Shown one piece after another: positions 8,405-17,638 of a DNA stretch of 64,000 bases (positions are counted from its first letter, which is position 1; every line of letters begins with the position of its first letter). The notes under the pieces were generated by a model, which saw nothing but the letters and a program-made list of their open reading frames with translations, was not told where the DNA came from and ran no database searches. A program made the position numbers and the translations under genes. Source of the stretch: Ignavibacteriota bacterium (GTDB taxonomy: Bacteria > Bacteroidota > Ignavibacteria > SZUA-365). The stretch covers positions 72,908-136,907 of the forward strand of contig JACRFB010000031.1 of assembly GCA_016218045.1 (NCBI GenBank), written 5' to 3'.

Positions 8405-10420
8405 ATGAAACGCCTGTCGGCATTCTTCCTGACGCTTCTTCTCTGTGCGGCACAATCCGCAATCTCACAACCGGCCGCTGATCCCGATTCGATGCGCGCC
8501 GGTTTTGGTGTGTACGGCAATTATAATCTGAACTTTCACACGGCCGAGTTCAGCAAACTTCCGGGCATCCCGAACTGCTGTCCGCGTTTCGAGAGCGGGG
8601 ATGGGACGGGTTTCACGGCGGGTGTGCTGTACGTGTATCCGCTCGAACGCACCATGTCCATCGACATCCGCGCGGGTTACACAGGATACAGCGCGCTGCT
8701 GTCGTCGCGCGAAGCGACAACAGTCAGCATTGTCGGTACCGCCGCGCCGGGCGAATTTGAACACACGATCGACGCGACTCTGTCGTCCGTTGGAATCGAG
8801 CCGCTCTTTGATTACCGCTTCTGGAAATCGCTGTCGTTTATGGCGGGTCCGCGTCTCGGACTCGTGCTGTCAAGATCCTTCGAGCAGAAGGAACAGATCG
8901 TGGTTCCGGCCGACCGCGGCGTGTTCATGGATACGCAGACGCGCACACGGAATGTGCTCAGCGGCGACATACCCGACGCGGGATCGATACAACTTGCCCT
9001 TCTCGCGGGACTCCGCTATGAAGTGCCTCTCAACCGCGATCGCACGCTCGTGGCCGCTCCCGAAATCATCTTTGCCTACGGTGTGACGCCGGTCGTCAGC
9101 GGCTTCTCGTGGAACGCGCACACATTGCGCCTGGGCGCCTCGGTGCGCTGGCTTCCGAAGGAGAGTGCGCCACCGCCCCCGCCGCCCCCGCCACCACCAC
9201 CTCCTCCTCCCCCGCCGCCGCCGCCGCCCCCCGCGCTGGCCGCATCCATCACCGCCGCCGGTGTGGACAAGGACGGTACCGAGCAGCCGCTGGTCCGTGT
9301 GCGCGTTGAAGAGTTTATCTCCACCGAGATGCGGCCTCTGCTGCACTACGTGTTTTTTGATGAACAGTCCGACGCCATCCCTGCGCGCTACGCGCGCCTC
9401 TCGAAGGAGCAGGCAGAGGCCTTCGACATGCCCGCCCTCCGTTCGACAGGCACCATCGAAATGTATCACAATGTGCTTAACATCATCGGGCGCCGTATGC
9501 GCGCGAATAATTTCGCCACACTGACGCTCACGGGTTGCAACAGCGACGAAGGAGCGGAGAAGGGCAACACCACCCTGTCGCGCAACCGGGCAATTGCGGT
9601 GCGCAATTACCTGCGCGACGTATGGGGCGTGCCCGAATCGCGTCTGCGTGTCGTGGAACGCGGTCTGCCGGAAACTCCCTCGCGTGTCACCGAGCCCGAC
9701 GGCATCGCCGAAAACCGCCGCGTCGAAATCTCCGCGAGTGACCCCGCAATTCTCGACCCTGTCATCACCGGCGACACGCTGCGCACCGTCACGCCGCCGG
9801 TCATGCGCTTCTACCCGCGCGTCGAAGCGGGAGCGGGTGTCGTGGACTGGCGCCTTACCGCCCGGCAGAGCGGCCGCGTGCTGAAGGAGTGGACCGGCCG
9901 CGAGATGCCGCCCGCGTCGCTTGTCTGGAATGTGGCCGAGGAACGCACCAGCATCCCGCGCACCAACGAGCCGATCGTGTACGCGCTGCGCGTCCAGGAC
10001 GCGGCGAATCAGACTGTGGTCACTCCCGATTCGCTTATCCCCGTGGAGCAGATCACCATCCAGAAAAAACGCGCCGAACGGCTGGCCGATCTCGAGATCG
10101 ACCGCTATAACCTGATCCTCTTCGATTTCGATTCGCCCGCGCTCAACGCGCGCAACGTGCGCATCGCGGAATTCATCAAACCGCGCATCGCGAAGAATTC
10201 GAACGTCAAGGTGACCGGGCATACCGACCGACTGGGCGAGACTGAGTACAACCTGCGCCTGTCCGAGGGCCGCGCGCGCTCCACCGCCTCGGCGCTCAAT
10301 GCGAGCAACGCCGTGGTGCAGGGCGCCGGCGAGTCATCCATGTACGACAACGAAACGCCCGAAGGACGATTCTACTGCCGCACGGTGAGTGTTGTTGTCG
10401 AGACGCCGGTCTCCAAATAA
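8405..10420 (+). CDS. OmpA-family outer-membrane protein: N-terminal beta-barrel-like domain, 22-residue poly-proline linker, two OmpA-like peptidoglycan-binding domains
   Basis: The ORF-track start (8174) overlaps the upstream gene. An in-frame ATG at 8405 gives a classic signal peptide (MKRLSAFFLTLLLCAAQSAISQ). The C-terminal region has OmpA-like motifs (NLILFDFDSPAL..VTGHTDRLGETEYNLRLSEGRA; TLTGCNSDEGAEKGNTTLSRNRAIAVRNYL). A P22 run separates the domains. Confidence 0.8.
   Translation: MKRLSAFFLTLLLCAAQSAISQPAADPDSMRAGFGVYGNYNLNFHTAEFSKLPGIPNCCPRFESGDGTGFTAGVLYVYPLERTMSIDIRAGYTGYSALLSSREATTVSIVGTAAPGEFEHTIDATLSSVGIEPLFDYRFWKSLSFMAGPRLGLVLSRSFEQKEQIVVPADRGVFMDTQTRTRNVLSGDIPDAGSIQLALLAGLRYEVPLNRDRTLVAAPEIIFAYGVTPVVSGFSWNAHTLRLGASVRWLPKESAPPPPPPPPPPPPPPPPPPPPPALAASITAAGVDKDGTEQPLVRVRVEEFISTEMRPLLHYVFFDEQSDAIPARYARLSKEQAEAFDMPALRSTGTIEMYHNVLNIIGRRMRANNFATLTLTGCNSDEGAEKGNTTLSRNRAIAVRNYLRDVWGVPESRLRVVERGLPETPSRVTEPDGIAENRRVEISASDPAILDPVITGDTLRTVTPPVMRFYPRVEAGAGVVDWRLTARQSGRVLKEWTGREMPPASLVWNVAEERTSIPRTNEPIVYALRVQDAANQTVVTPDSLIPVEQITIQKKRAERLADLEIDRYNLILFDFDSPALNARNVRIAEFIKPRIAKNSNVKVTGHTDRLGETEYNLRLSEGRARSTASALNASNAVVQGAGESSMYDNETPEGRFYCRTVSVVVETPVSK
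9169..9234 (+). repeat. CCN-codon low-complexity tract encoding 22 consecutive prolines
   Basis: caccgcccccgccgcccccgccaccaccacctcctcctcccccgccgccgccgccgcccccc, directly visible in the sequence. It also generates spurious overlapping ORFs on both strands. Confidence 0.9.
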
Positions 10421-10429
10421 TTCCGCCGT

Positions 10430-10972
10430 ATGAAGCGCCTCGCCGCCTTCATCCTTCTTGCCTGTGTCTGTGCCTGCGCCGCGCCTCTCGCGGCGCAGGT
10501 GCGTTCACCCTTCCCCTGGCTGCCCACCAACTTCGACACCACGGTGAACGGCAATTATCGCGGCGCTAAAATCACATCACGCGCGCAACTCGATTCACTC
10601 AAGCGAATGTACGGGGTGCGGACGGTGATCAACCTCGCCAAGGATGCACTGCCGAAAAGCGGGGGCACCGAAATCGAATGGACGCGCGAACTCGGCATCG
10701 AGTACGTGCCCGTCTATCTCGGCACCAATCCGCCATCACCGAAGGACTGGGAACGTATACGCGCGCTCCTGCAGGGAGGGGGCGTGTACGTGCATTGCGC
10801 GCACGGGGCCGACCGCACCGGCGCAATCATCGCAAAGTATCGCACCGACGTCGAGGGCCTCACGCCCGCGGACGCGTATCGTGAGGCGCGCCGCTTCGGC
10901 TTCAAGCCCTGGCTCGGGGCGCTCCGCGCCTGGTTCGGATATCCGTCGGAACAGGAATCGCGCGGACGCTAG
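10430..10972 (+). CDS. Secreted CX5R protein-tyrosine/dual-specificity phosphatase-like protein
   Basis: Signal peptide MKRLAAFILLACVCACAAPLAAQ. P-loop HCAHGADRTG (C-X5-R), characteristic of Cys-based phosphatases. Lies 9 nt downstream of the OmpA gene. Confidence 0.7.
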   Translation: MKRLAAFILLACVCACAAPLAAQVRSPFPWLPTNFDTTVNGNYRGAKITSRAQLDSLKRMYGVRTVINLAKDALPKSGGTEIEWTRELGIEYVPVYLGTNPPSPKDWERIRALLQGGGVYVHCAHGADRTGAIIAKYRTDVEGLTPADAYREARRFGFKPWLGALRAWFGYPSEQESRGR

Positions 10973-11607
10973 ATGTACTTTTCGGCCAGCTCGAGGCCGA
11001 GCCCGCGGCGGACGATCGACGGGACGTCGTCGGTGAGATCGATCATCGTCGAGATCTCGCCCGTGTAGGGCGAACGGTACACGCCCTCGTCGTCGATGAT
11101 GATGTCGACGAAACTGTCGAACTGCTCGAAGAGGTCCTCGATGTCGGGCGCGTCTTCGACGTCGGGCAGACGTGCCGACATCGAGATCAAGGGATTGTCG
11201 AGCTGCTTGATCAGCACCTGGCAGATGATGTGATCGGGCACGCGGATGCCGGAGGTCTTCCTGCGCGGATTCTGCACGAGTTTGGGAACAAGTTTTGATG
11301 CGGGCAGAAGGAAGGTGTACGGACCCGGCACGAGATGCCGCAGCACCTGATACGATGTGTCGGAAATGTGCGCGTACTCGGCGATGTCGGAGAGGGAGGA
11401 GGTCACGAATGTCAGCGGCTTGTCGTCCGACAGCCGCCGGATCTTCCGGATGCGCTCGTGGCCTTCCTTGTTCTTGATGTCGCAACCTATCGCGTACACG
11501 GTGTCGGTGGGATACAGCATCACCGCGCCGCGGCGCAGACGGTCGACGATTTCCGTCATCAGCCGTTGCTGGGGATTGTCGGGGTGCAGTACGTATCGGT
11601 CGGCCAT
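10969..11607 (-). CDS. tsaC: L-threonylcarbamoyladenylate synthase, YrdC/TsaC type (t6A biosynthesis)
   Basis: YrdC/Sua5-domain motifs (AVMLYPTDTVYAIGCD...KPLTFVTSSLSD). Start re-called at MADRYVL (ORF codon 80) so that it does not overlap the upstream gene. The result is 213 aa, a YrdC-only protein. Confidence 0.75.
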   Translation of the reverse strand: MADRYVLHPDNPQQRLMTEIVDRLRRGAVMLYPTDTVYAIGCDIKNKEGHERIRKIRRLSDDKPLTFVTSSLSDIAEYAHISDTSYQVLRHLVPGPYTFLLPASKLVPKLVQNPRRKTSGIRVPDHIICQVLIKQLDNPLISMSARLPDVEDAPDIEDLFEQFDSFVDIIIDDEGVYRSPYTGEISTMIDLTDDVPSIVRRGLGLELAEKYI

Positions 11608-11611
11608 GGTC

Positions 11612-12409
11612 TCACGCGTGTACTGTGCGATTGTCGTATCCGCCGTCAGCCGCGGTGCCGTGTGTGGCGGCGTACACACGTTCCATCTCGAGGAGCTGCT
11701 CCACGGTGTTGACGCCGCGAATCTCGTCGAACGATTCGACGATGCACGGCTCCATCCTCCGTCCCTCGCGTGCGAACATCGCAAAGACGTCGGGCAGGTA
11801 ATACTCGCCCTGCGCGTTGTGGTTGTCGACCCGCGCCAGGGCATCGAAGAGGTCCGCCTTGCGGAAGACGTAGATGCCGCTGTTGATTTCGTTCACCGCG
11901 CGTTCCTCGTCGCTTGCGTCCTTGTGTTCGACGATGCGCAGTATCCGCCCGTCGTCGCCGCGGATCACGCGGCCGTATCCTGTCGGATCCGGCAGCACGG
12001 CTGTGAGGACGGTCACCGAGGCGCCGCTCTCACGATGGCGCGCAAGCATGCGTGCCGTGGTCTCGGGCCGCGTCATGGGCGCGTCGCCGCTCAGGATCAG
12101 TACGTCGCCCTCGAACTGCGCGAGCGCGGGACCCGCCTGCATCACCGCGTGCGCCGTGCCGAGCTGCTGCTCCTGCACGGCGATCGAGACGTCGGGATGC
12201 GCCGCGCGGAGAAACTCCTCCACGCTCTCGCGCTGATGACCCACGATGACGATGATGTTTTCCGCCGCGTTTTTCCGCGCGAGTCCGATGACGTGGTCGA
12301 CAAGCGGCCGTCCGCCGAGGGGATGCATGACCTTCGCGAGCGAGGGATTGTTCATGCGTTTGCCTTGGCCGGCGGCCATGATGACGGCAGCGAGAGGAGA
12401 AGAGGACAT
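11612..12409 (-). CDS. Sugar-nucleotide nucleotidyltransferase (GlmU N-terminal uridylyltransferase-like domain only; no LbH acetyltransferase domain)
   Basis: AVIMAAGQGKRMNNPSLAKVMHPLGGRPLVDHVI...LILSGDAPM matches the GlmU/RmlA NTP-transferase fold. At 265 aa it ends before any hexapeptide-repeat domain. Confidence 0.7.
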   Translation of the reverse strand: MSSSPLAAVIMAAGQGKRMNNPSLAKVMHPLGGRPLVDHVIGLARKNAAENIIVIVGHQRESVEEFLRAAHPDVSIAVQEQQLGTAHAVMQAGPALAQFEGDVLILSGDAPMTRPETTARMLARHRESGASVTVLTAVLPDPTGYGRVIRGDDGRILRIVEHKDASDEERAVNEINSGIYVFRKADLFDALARVDNHNAQGEYYLPDVFAMFAREGRRMEPCIVESFDEIRGVNTVEQLLEMERVYAATHGTAADGGYDNRTVHA

Positions 12410-12456
12410 GATACTCCGAAAATCGGTCGGGAAGGGTGCCTGGGGCTGTGTCTCTG

Positions 12457-12855
12457 TCAGCAGTTGAGGAAATCGGCGTGCATCGGGCGGTCGGGCGCCG
12501 TCAGCACATCCTTCATCTTGTTGTCGGAATCGACCAGCACGATGGTGGGATGATGGCCGCGCGCCTCTGCTTCCTCGAACTCGGCGTAGGTGATGATGAT
12601 GATCTCGTCGCCCACGTGCCCGAGCCGCGCCGCGGCGCCGTTCAGACAGATCGTCCCGCTGCCCGGATCACCCGTGATCGCGTAGGTCTCGAAGCGGTTC
12701 CCGTTGTTGACGTTCACCACCGACACCTGTTCGAAGGGCAGGATGTTGGCAAGGCGCATCAGCTCGATGTCGATGGTCAGGCTGCCCTCGTAGTACAGCT
12801 CGGCTTCGGTGACGCGTGCCCTGTGGATTTTCGATTTGCACATGCGGAGTCTCAT
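12457..12855 (-). CDS. panD: Aspartate 1-decarboxylase
   Basis: [20 protein letters not shown]...[19 protein letters not shown] is the PanD signature, including the KSKIHRA motif and the Gly-Ser processing site. Overlaps panC by 4 nt. Confidence 0.9.
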   Translation of the reverse strand: MRLRMCKSKIHRARVTEAELYYEGSLTIDIELMRLANILPFEQVSVVNVNNGNRFETYAITGDPGSGTICLNGAAARLGHVGDEIIIITYAEFEEAEARGHHPTIVLVDSDNKMKDVLTAPDRPMHADFLNC

Positions 12856-13712
12856 GGCCGCGGTATTTCCTGTAATAACGTATTGTCGATGAGTCGTGTG
12901 GATCCGACCTTCGCGGCGATTGCCACGAGCAGGGGACGCATACAGTCCGCCTCGGGGTCGGTGAATGTTTCAGCGTCCATTACCGCCACGTAGTCGACAT
13001 CCACTCCCGGGGTCGACGCGAGTTCCGACCGCACCGCGCCCGCGAGTGCCGATGCGCGCCGTTCACCGCCCGCGTACAGGGCCGACGCGGATTCGAGCGC
13101 GCGCGACAGCGCCAGCGCGCGCTGTCGCTCCTCGGGCGAGAGGTACACGTTGCGCGAACTCATCGCCAGACCGTCGGCCTCGCGGACGGTGGGCTCTACA
13201 ATGAGGGCGGTATCGAAGTTCAGTTCCTGGAGCATGGCGCGTATGACGGCTACCTGCTGTGCATCCTTCTGACCGAAGACGGCCACGTGCGGCCGCACGA
13301 TATTCAGCAGTTTTGCGACGACGGTCGCGACGCCGTCGAAGTGGCCCGGACGCGACGCGCCCTCGAGCACCGACGCGAGTCCGGCGATGCTGACCCGGGT
13401 CGAAAATCCCGGCGGATACATCTCGTCCGTCTCCGGTACAAACAACAAATCACATCCCGCCTGTTCCGCAAGCGCCGAATCACGCGCGAGATCGCGCGGA
13501 TAGCGCGAAAAATCCTCCTTCGGACCGAACTGCGAGGGATTCACGAATATGGACACGGCGGTGAAATCCGCCTCGGCGCGTGCGCGGCGGATGAGCTGCA
13601 GATGCCCTTCGTGCAGGTAGCCCATCGTCGGGACAAAAGCGATCCGCCTTCCGTCGCGGCGCAGCGCGTCCGTCGTGCGCTGCATGTCGCGTATGGCGGT
13701 GATGGTTTTCAT
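12852..13712 (-). CDS. panC: Pantoate--beta-alanine ligase
   Basis: [20 protein letters not shown] and the rest of the PanC signature along the ORF. Confidence 0.9.
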   Translation of the reverse strand: MKTITAIRDMQRTTDALRRDGRRIAFVPTMGYLHEGHLQLIRRARAEADFTAVSIFVNPSQFGPKEDFSRYPRDLARDSALAEQAGCDLLFVPETDEMYPPGFSTRVSIAGLASVLEGASRPGHFDGVATVVAKLLNIVRPHVAVFGQKDAQQVAVIRAMLQELNFDTALIVEPTVREADGLAMSSRNVYLSPEERQRALALSRALESASALYAGGERRASALAGAVRSELASTPGVDVDYVAVMDAETFTDPEADCMRPLLVAIAAKVGSTRLIDNTLLQEIPRP

Positions 13713-13735
13713 GGGAAGGAGCGATGCGGAAATTT

Positions 13736-14575
13736 CTAGACCATGTGGCGGAGCAGCCGCGCGATCGTTTTCCGCATATCCTTGCGCGGTACCACCAGGT
13801 CGAGGAAACCTTTCTCGAGAAGGAACTCGGCTCGCTGAAAACCCTCGGGCAGATCGCGGCCGATGGTCTGTCGAATGACGCGCGGACCGGCGAATCCGAT
13901 CAGGGCCTTCGGTTCGGCGATGTTGATGTCGCCCAGCATTGCAAAACTCGCCGTCACGCCGCCCGTGGTCGGGTCGAGCATGATCGAGATGTACGGGAGC
14001 TGCGCCGCGTGGAGCTGCGACAGTTTTGCGCTCGATTTCGCCATCTGCATCAGTGAGAAGGCGCCCTCCATCATGCGCGCACCGCCGCTCATTGAAATCA
14101 GTATGAGCGGGCAGCGCAGGCGCAGTGCGCGGTCGATGGCACGCGCGATTTTTTCGCCCACGACGGAACCCATGCTCCCGCCGATGAAACCAAAATCCAT
14201 CGCCGCGACCGAGACGGTGATGCCCTCGATCTTGCCGGTTCCGGCCCGCATTGCGTCATATAGGTCGGTCTTGTCGATCGTCGCCTTGATGCGGTCGGTG
14301 TACCGCTTGGTGTCGGTGAACTTGAGCGGATCGGTGGCCCGCATCTTGCGGTCCTGTTCCGTGAACGAACCCTTGTCGAGGAGGATCGAGAGGTACTCCG
14401 TGCTGCCGACGCGGAACGACGCCTCGCAATGGATGCAGGTGTACATCGCCGTCTGCAACTGTTTGACGTGCATCATCTCGCCGCAGCTCTCGCATTTCAG
14501 CCACGAGCCGTCAGGTGCCTCCCGCTTCGCGGGGGCCGGAGTGATGCTGCTTTTATCTCGTTTAAACCAGGCCAT
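13736..14575 (-). CDS. accD: Acetyl-CoA carboxylase carboxyltransferase subunit beta
   Basis: MAWFKRDK N-terminus. CxxC...CxxC zinc ribbon ([15 protein letters not shown]). Carboxyltransferase motifs ([15 protein letters not shown]). Start re-called at MAWFKR (ORF codon 59) instead of the upstream ORF start. Confidence 0.88.
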   Translation of the reverse strand: MAWFKRDKSSITPAPAKREAPDGSWLKCESCGEMMHVKQLQTAMYTCIHCEASFRVGSTEYLSILLDKGSFTEQDRKMRATDPLKFTDTKRYTDRIKATIDKTDLYDAMRAGTGKIEGITVSVAAMDFGFIGGSMGSVVGEKIARAIDRALRLRCPLILISMSGGARMMEGAFSLMQMAKSSAKLSQLHAAQLPYISIMLDPTTGGVTASFAMLGDINIAEPKALIGFAGPRVIRQTIGRDLPEGFQRAEFLLEKGFLDLVVPRKDMRKTIARLLRHMV

Positions 14576-14782
14576 GGTCTCGTTCTCCTCTTTCTCTGTC
14601 TCTCCGTGCCGGAATTGATCGATGATGCCGGCGTTCCGGTGGAACACGATTCCTGACAGCTTTCCGCCGGCATGCTGCGGGCGGGTGTGATGCCGGACGG
14701 GAAGTGCGGGCAATGAGGCGAACGGCGATTGCCGTTCCTCTGAAACCAACTATAATACGAATCTTTCGGGAAAAATCGCGGT

Positions 14783-15472
14783 TTACCTGCCAGCGATTTT
14801 CGGGGTTGTCGTCCGGAACTCGCGGAGGTACTGTGGCTCGCATTCGTCGATGGAGTCGTGCCGCCCCTCAGCATGCAGACGTTCGCCGAGCAGCGCCACC
14901 GCTCCGGCGTGTGCGCCCGCATCCGTGCCGGGCAGTGCGCGGTACCTGCCGTCGGACAAGGCGGCCTGCGCGGCTGCCGCGTCTCCCGCCAGCCAGGTGC
15001 CGTCGGGGAGTCCCGGAAGGATCGTGTCGAGTGTGCCCGCGAGAGGCCCGGCCGCCCGATGCATGGTTCCCCCGTGTATCTCGTAGCGCGCTGCGTACAC
15101 GTCGCCTCCGCGCGCGTCGAAAGCTGTTACCAGAGTGGCATCGGCCGCCGGTATGCCCGATTCGGCGATGTGCAGGGCAAGCGCATCGAAGGTCGGTACG
15201 GCCACCAGGGGAATATTGCGGCTCATGGCGATCCCTTTCGCTGCCGCCATGCCGATGCGCAGTCCGGTGAAGGAACCGGGTCCGGCCGACACCGCGACCG
15301 CGGCAATCCCGCTCCAATCCGCCTGTGCGTTCTGGAACAGTTGCGCCGTGACGGGCAGCAGCAGCTCGTCGTGCAGATTCCCTCTGAGTAGTAGGATACT
15401 CGCGAGCAGACGCCCGTTTTCTACAAGTGCCACGCTCAGCGTGCGTGTCGCGGTCTCGATCCCGAGTATCAC
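14783..15472 (-). CDS. tsaB: tRNA threonylcarbamoyladenosine biosynthesis protein TsaB (YeaZ)
   Basis: MILGIETATRTLSVAL...SAGPGSFTGLRIG is the TsaB/YeaZ signature. Overlaps tsaE by 4 nt. Confidence 0.85.
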   Translation of the reverse strand: MILGIETATRTLSVALVENGRLLASILLLRGNLHDELLLPVTAQLFQNAQADWSGIAAVAVSAGPGSFTGLRIGMAAAKGIAMSRNIPLVAVPTFDALALHIAESGIPAADATLVTAFDARGGDVYAARYEIHGGTMHRAAGPLAGTLDTILPGLPDGTWLAGDAAAAQAALSDGRYRALPGTDAGAHAGAVALLGERLHAEGRHDSIDECEPQYLREFRTTTPKIAGR

Positions 15473-15942
15473 TGCATCGACTCCATGTCACCCGTCTCCT
15501 CGAGGATCGACGATCCCTGGTCGGCGACAAGTACAACCGTGTAGCGTCGCTCGGCCTCGTTGCCTCCGTGCTCGCAGAGTATTTCCCAGCGCGGGAAGGG
15601 AAGCAGGGCCAGCATTTTCTCCGCCCACTCGACAAGCACCACCGCGTCGCTGTCGAACATTTCATCGAGGCCCGCCTCGAACATCTCGTCGATGCTCCGC
15701 AGCCGGTACACGTCGCAGTGCAGCACGTGCCGCACACCGCGGTATTCGTTGACGATGGTGAAGGTCGGACTGCTCACCTGTTCTTCACACGCGTACGCCG
15801 CGCACATTCCGCGCACCCAGGCGGTCTTGCCGCTGCCCAGATCGCCGGATAGCGCGACGGTCGCGCCCGGCTCCAGCGCGCGCGCAAACGCGCCCGCAAG
15901 CGTGCGCGTCTCCTCTTCGCTGTGCGTGAGATGCGCCTGCAT
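15469..15942 (-). CDS. tsaE: tRNA threonylcarbamoyladenosine biosynthesis ATPase TsaE (YjeE)
   Basis: Walker A GDLGSGKT. 157 aa with YjeE-like layout. Lies 4 nt downstream of the PorX-like gene. Confidence 0.85.
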   Translation of the reverse strand: MQAHLTHSEEETRTLAGAFARALEPGATVALSGDLGSGKTAWVRGMCAAYACEEQVSSPTFTIVNEYRGVRHVLHCDVYRLRSIDEMFEAGLDEMFDSDAVVLVEWAEKMLALLPFPRWEILCEHGGNEAERRYTVVLVADQGSSILEETGDMESMQ

Positions 15943-15946
15943 TGCC

Positions 15947-17506
15947 TCAGCGCGGCTGCATGGTGATGACCGGCAGCACCAGCTCTTCCATCGAAATGCC
16001 GCCGTGCTGGAAGCTGTCGCGGTAGTACGCCAGATACTTGTTGTAGTCGGTCGGATACACGAAGTAATAGTCTTCCTTTGCGATCACGTAGTTCACGGTC
16101 ATCCCGCGATTGGGAAGACGGTACTCGGCGGGTTTCGGAATGAGCATCGCCTGCTTCGGATCGGCCTTGACGTTGCGGCCGAATTTGTAGCGGAGATTGG
16201 TCGATGTCTCACGGTCGCCCAGGGCCTTGGTGCCGCGCATGCAGCGCACGCTCCCGTGATCGGTGGTCACGATCACGGTGGCGTCGGGGAACTTCGCAAT
16301 CTGCCGGAACATCGCGAACAGCGACGAATGGGTGAACCACGAGCGTGTCAGCGAACGGTAGGCCGCCTCGTCGGGCGCGATTTCCTTGAGTATGGGCGTG
16401 TCGGACCGGCTGTGCGCCAGCATGTCGACGAAGTTGACGACGATGGCGGTCACGTGATTCTTCGCGAACGAGGCGATGTTCCCCACCATCTGTTTGCCGT
16501 ACTCGGGATCGATGATCTTGTAGTACTTCAGCTCGGTGCGGAGCCGTATGCGGCGCCGCTCCAGCAGTTTCTCGAGCAATTCCTTCTCGTTCTTGTTCAT
16601 CGAATAGTCGTCGTCGTCGCCGCGCGACCACAGCCCGGGCAACACGCGGTCGATGTCGCTCGGATACAGCCCGCTGAAAATCGCGTTCCGCGCGTACGGC
16701 GTGGCCGACGGCAGTATGCCGAGATAGAAGTCCTTTTTGATGGAATAGAGGTCGTGCAGGTGTTGCTCCATGATGAGCCACTGATCGTATCGCATGCAGT
16801 CGATTACGAAGAAAAACACCGGGCCCTTGTTCTCGATATGCGGCACCAGGAAACGGTCTACCACGTTGGGCGACAGCACCACCGATTCGTCCTCGATCCA
16901 GTCGCGGTAGTTTTTTTCCACCACCTTGCAGAACTCCTGATTGCACTCGCGCCGCTGGTCGGCGACGGTCTGCTGCAGCCCGAGTTCGGGGTGCTCGTCG
17001 AGTTCGCTCTCGCGTTCGACGATGCGCCGGTACATCGACGTCCATTCCTCGAGATCCATCGGTCCGAGCAGTGAACGCGACACCTCGTTGAATTCCTGGA
17101 TGTAATCCTGCGCGGTGCGCGAACCGAGGATTTTACGCCCCTCGAGGATCTTCTTCACCACAAGCAGGATCTGGCTCGGATTCACCGGCTTGGTCAGGTA
17201 ATCGCTGATCTTTTCGCCGATGGCCTCCTCCATCAGCGCTTCCTCCTCGTTTTTTGTGACCATCACGACGGGCAGTGTCGGCCGCACATCCTTGATGCGC
17301 GCGAGCGCGGCTAAGCCGCCCATGCCGGGCATCGATTCATCGAGGAGCACGAGGTCCACCGGCGTGTTTTCGACCCAGCTTATCGCGTCGGCCCCGTTCG
17401 TGACGGTGTGGACTTCGAAACCCTTCTGCTCCAAAAATAGAATGTGGGGCTTGAGGAGTTCCACCTCGTCGTCGACCCAGAGAATGCTGCCCTTGTTTTC
17501 GCTCAT
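15947..17506 (-). CDS. porX: PorX-like response regulator (CheY-type receiver + PglZ/alkaline-phosphatase-superfamily domain), putative T9SS regulator
   Basis: Receiver domain ILWVDDEVELL...LVLLDESMPGMGG...VVMVTK, followed by a ~390-aa PglZ-type domain (..VIVTTDHGS..). At 519 aa from the re-called start MSENKGSILWVDDE (ORF codon 27), it matches the size and architecture of P. gingivalis PorX. Confidence 0.75.
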   Translation of the reverse strand: MSENKGSILWVDDEVELLKPHILFLEQKGFEVHTVTNGADAISWVENTPVDLVLLDESMPGMGGLAALARIKDVRPTLPVVMVTKNEEEALMEEAIGEKISDYLTKPVNPSQILLVVKKILEGRKILGSRTAQDYIQEFNEVSRSLLGPMDLEEWTSMYRRIVERESELDEHPELGLQQTVADQRRECNQEFCKVVEKNYRDWIEDESVVLSPNVVDRFLVPHIENKGPVFFFVIDCMRYDQWLIMEQHLHDLYSIKKDFYLGILPSATPYARNAIFSGLYPSDIDRVLPGLWSRGDDDDYSMNKNEKELLEKLLERRRIRLRTELKYYKIIDPEYGKQMVGNIASFAKNHVTAIVVNFVDMLAHSRSDTPILKEIAPDEAAYRSLTRSWFTHSSLFAMFRQIAKFPDATVIVTTDHGSVRCMRGTKALGDRETSTNLRYKFGRNVKADPKQAMLIPKPAEYRLPNRGMTVNYVIAKEDYYFVYPTDYNKYLAYYRDSFQHGGISMEELVLPVITMQPR

Positions 17507-17638
17507 CAGGTGAATGTCCCTCGTCTGTGACGGAATGCGCGCGGCGCGCGTGAAAAAAAAACTTACAAAACCACGCCGGGGCAAACAAGGCAGAGTCTGA
17601 CGCCCGCCGTCATCGCTCTGCGGGCAATCACGCGCGGA

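Noticed and set aside
8870-10222. 450-aa minus-strand ORF antisense to the OmpA gene, plus the poly-Gly/poly-Pro-reading ORFs 9076-9324, 9109-9309 and 9165-9524
   Set aside because: Typical high-GC antisense ORFs. Their composition is Arg/Gly-rich low complexity driven by the CCN tract, and the sense strand has strong OmpA-domain homology.
17520-17570. GC palindrome cgcgcg-g-cgcgcg plus an A9 run between the OMP gene and porX as a terminator
   Set aside because: The A/T run is on the upstream side of the hairpin for both possible transcript orientations. It is more likely part of the porX promoter/UTR or neutral.
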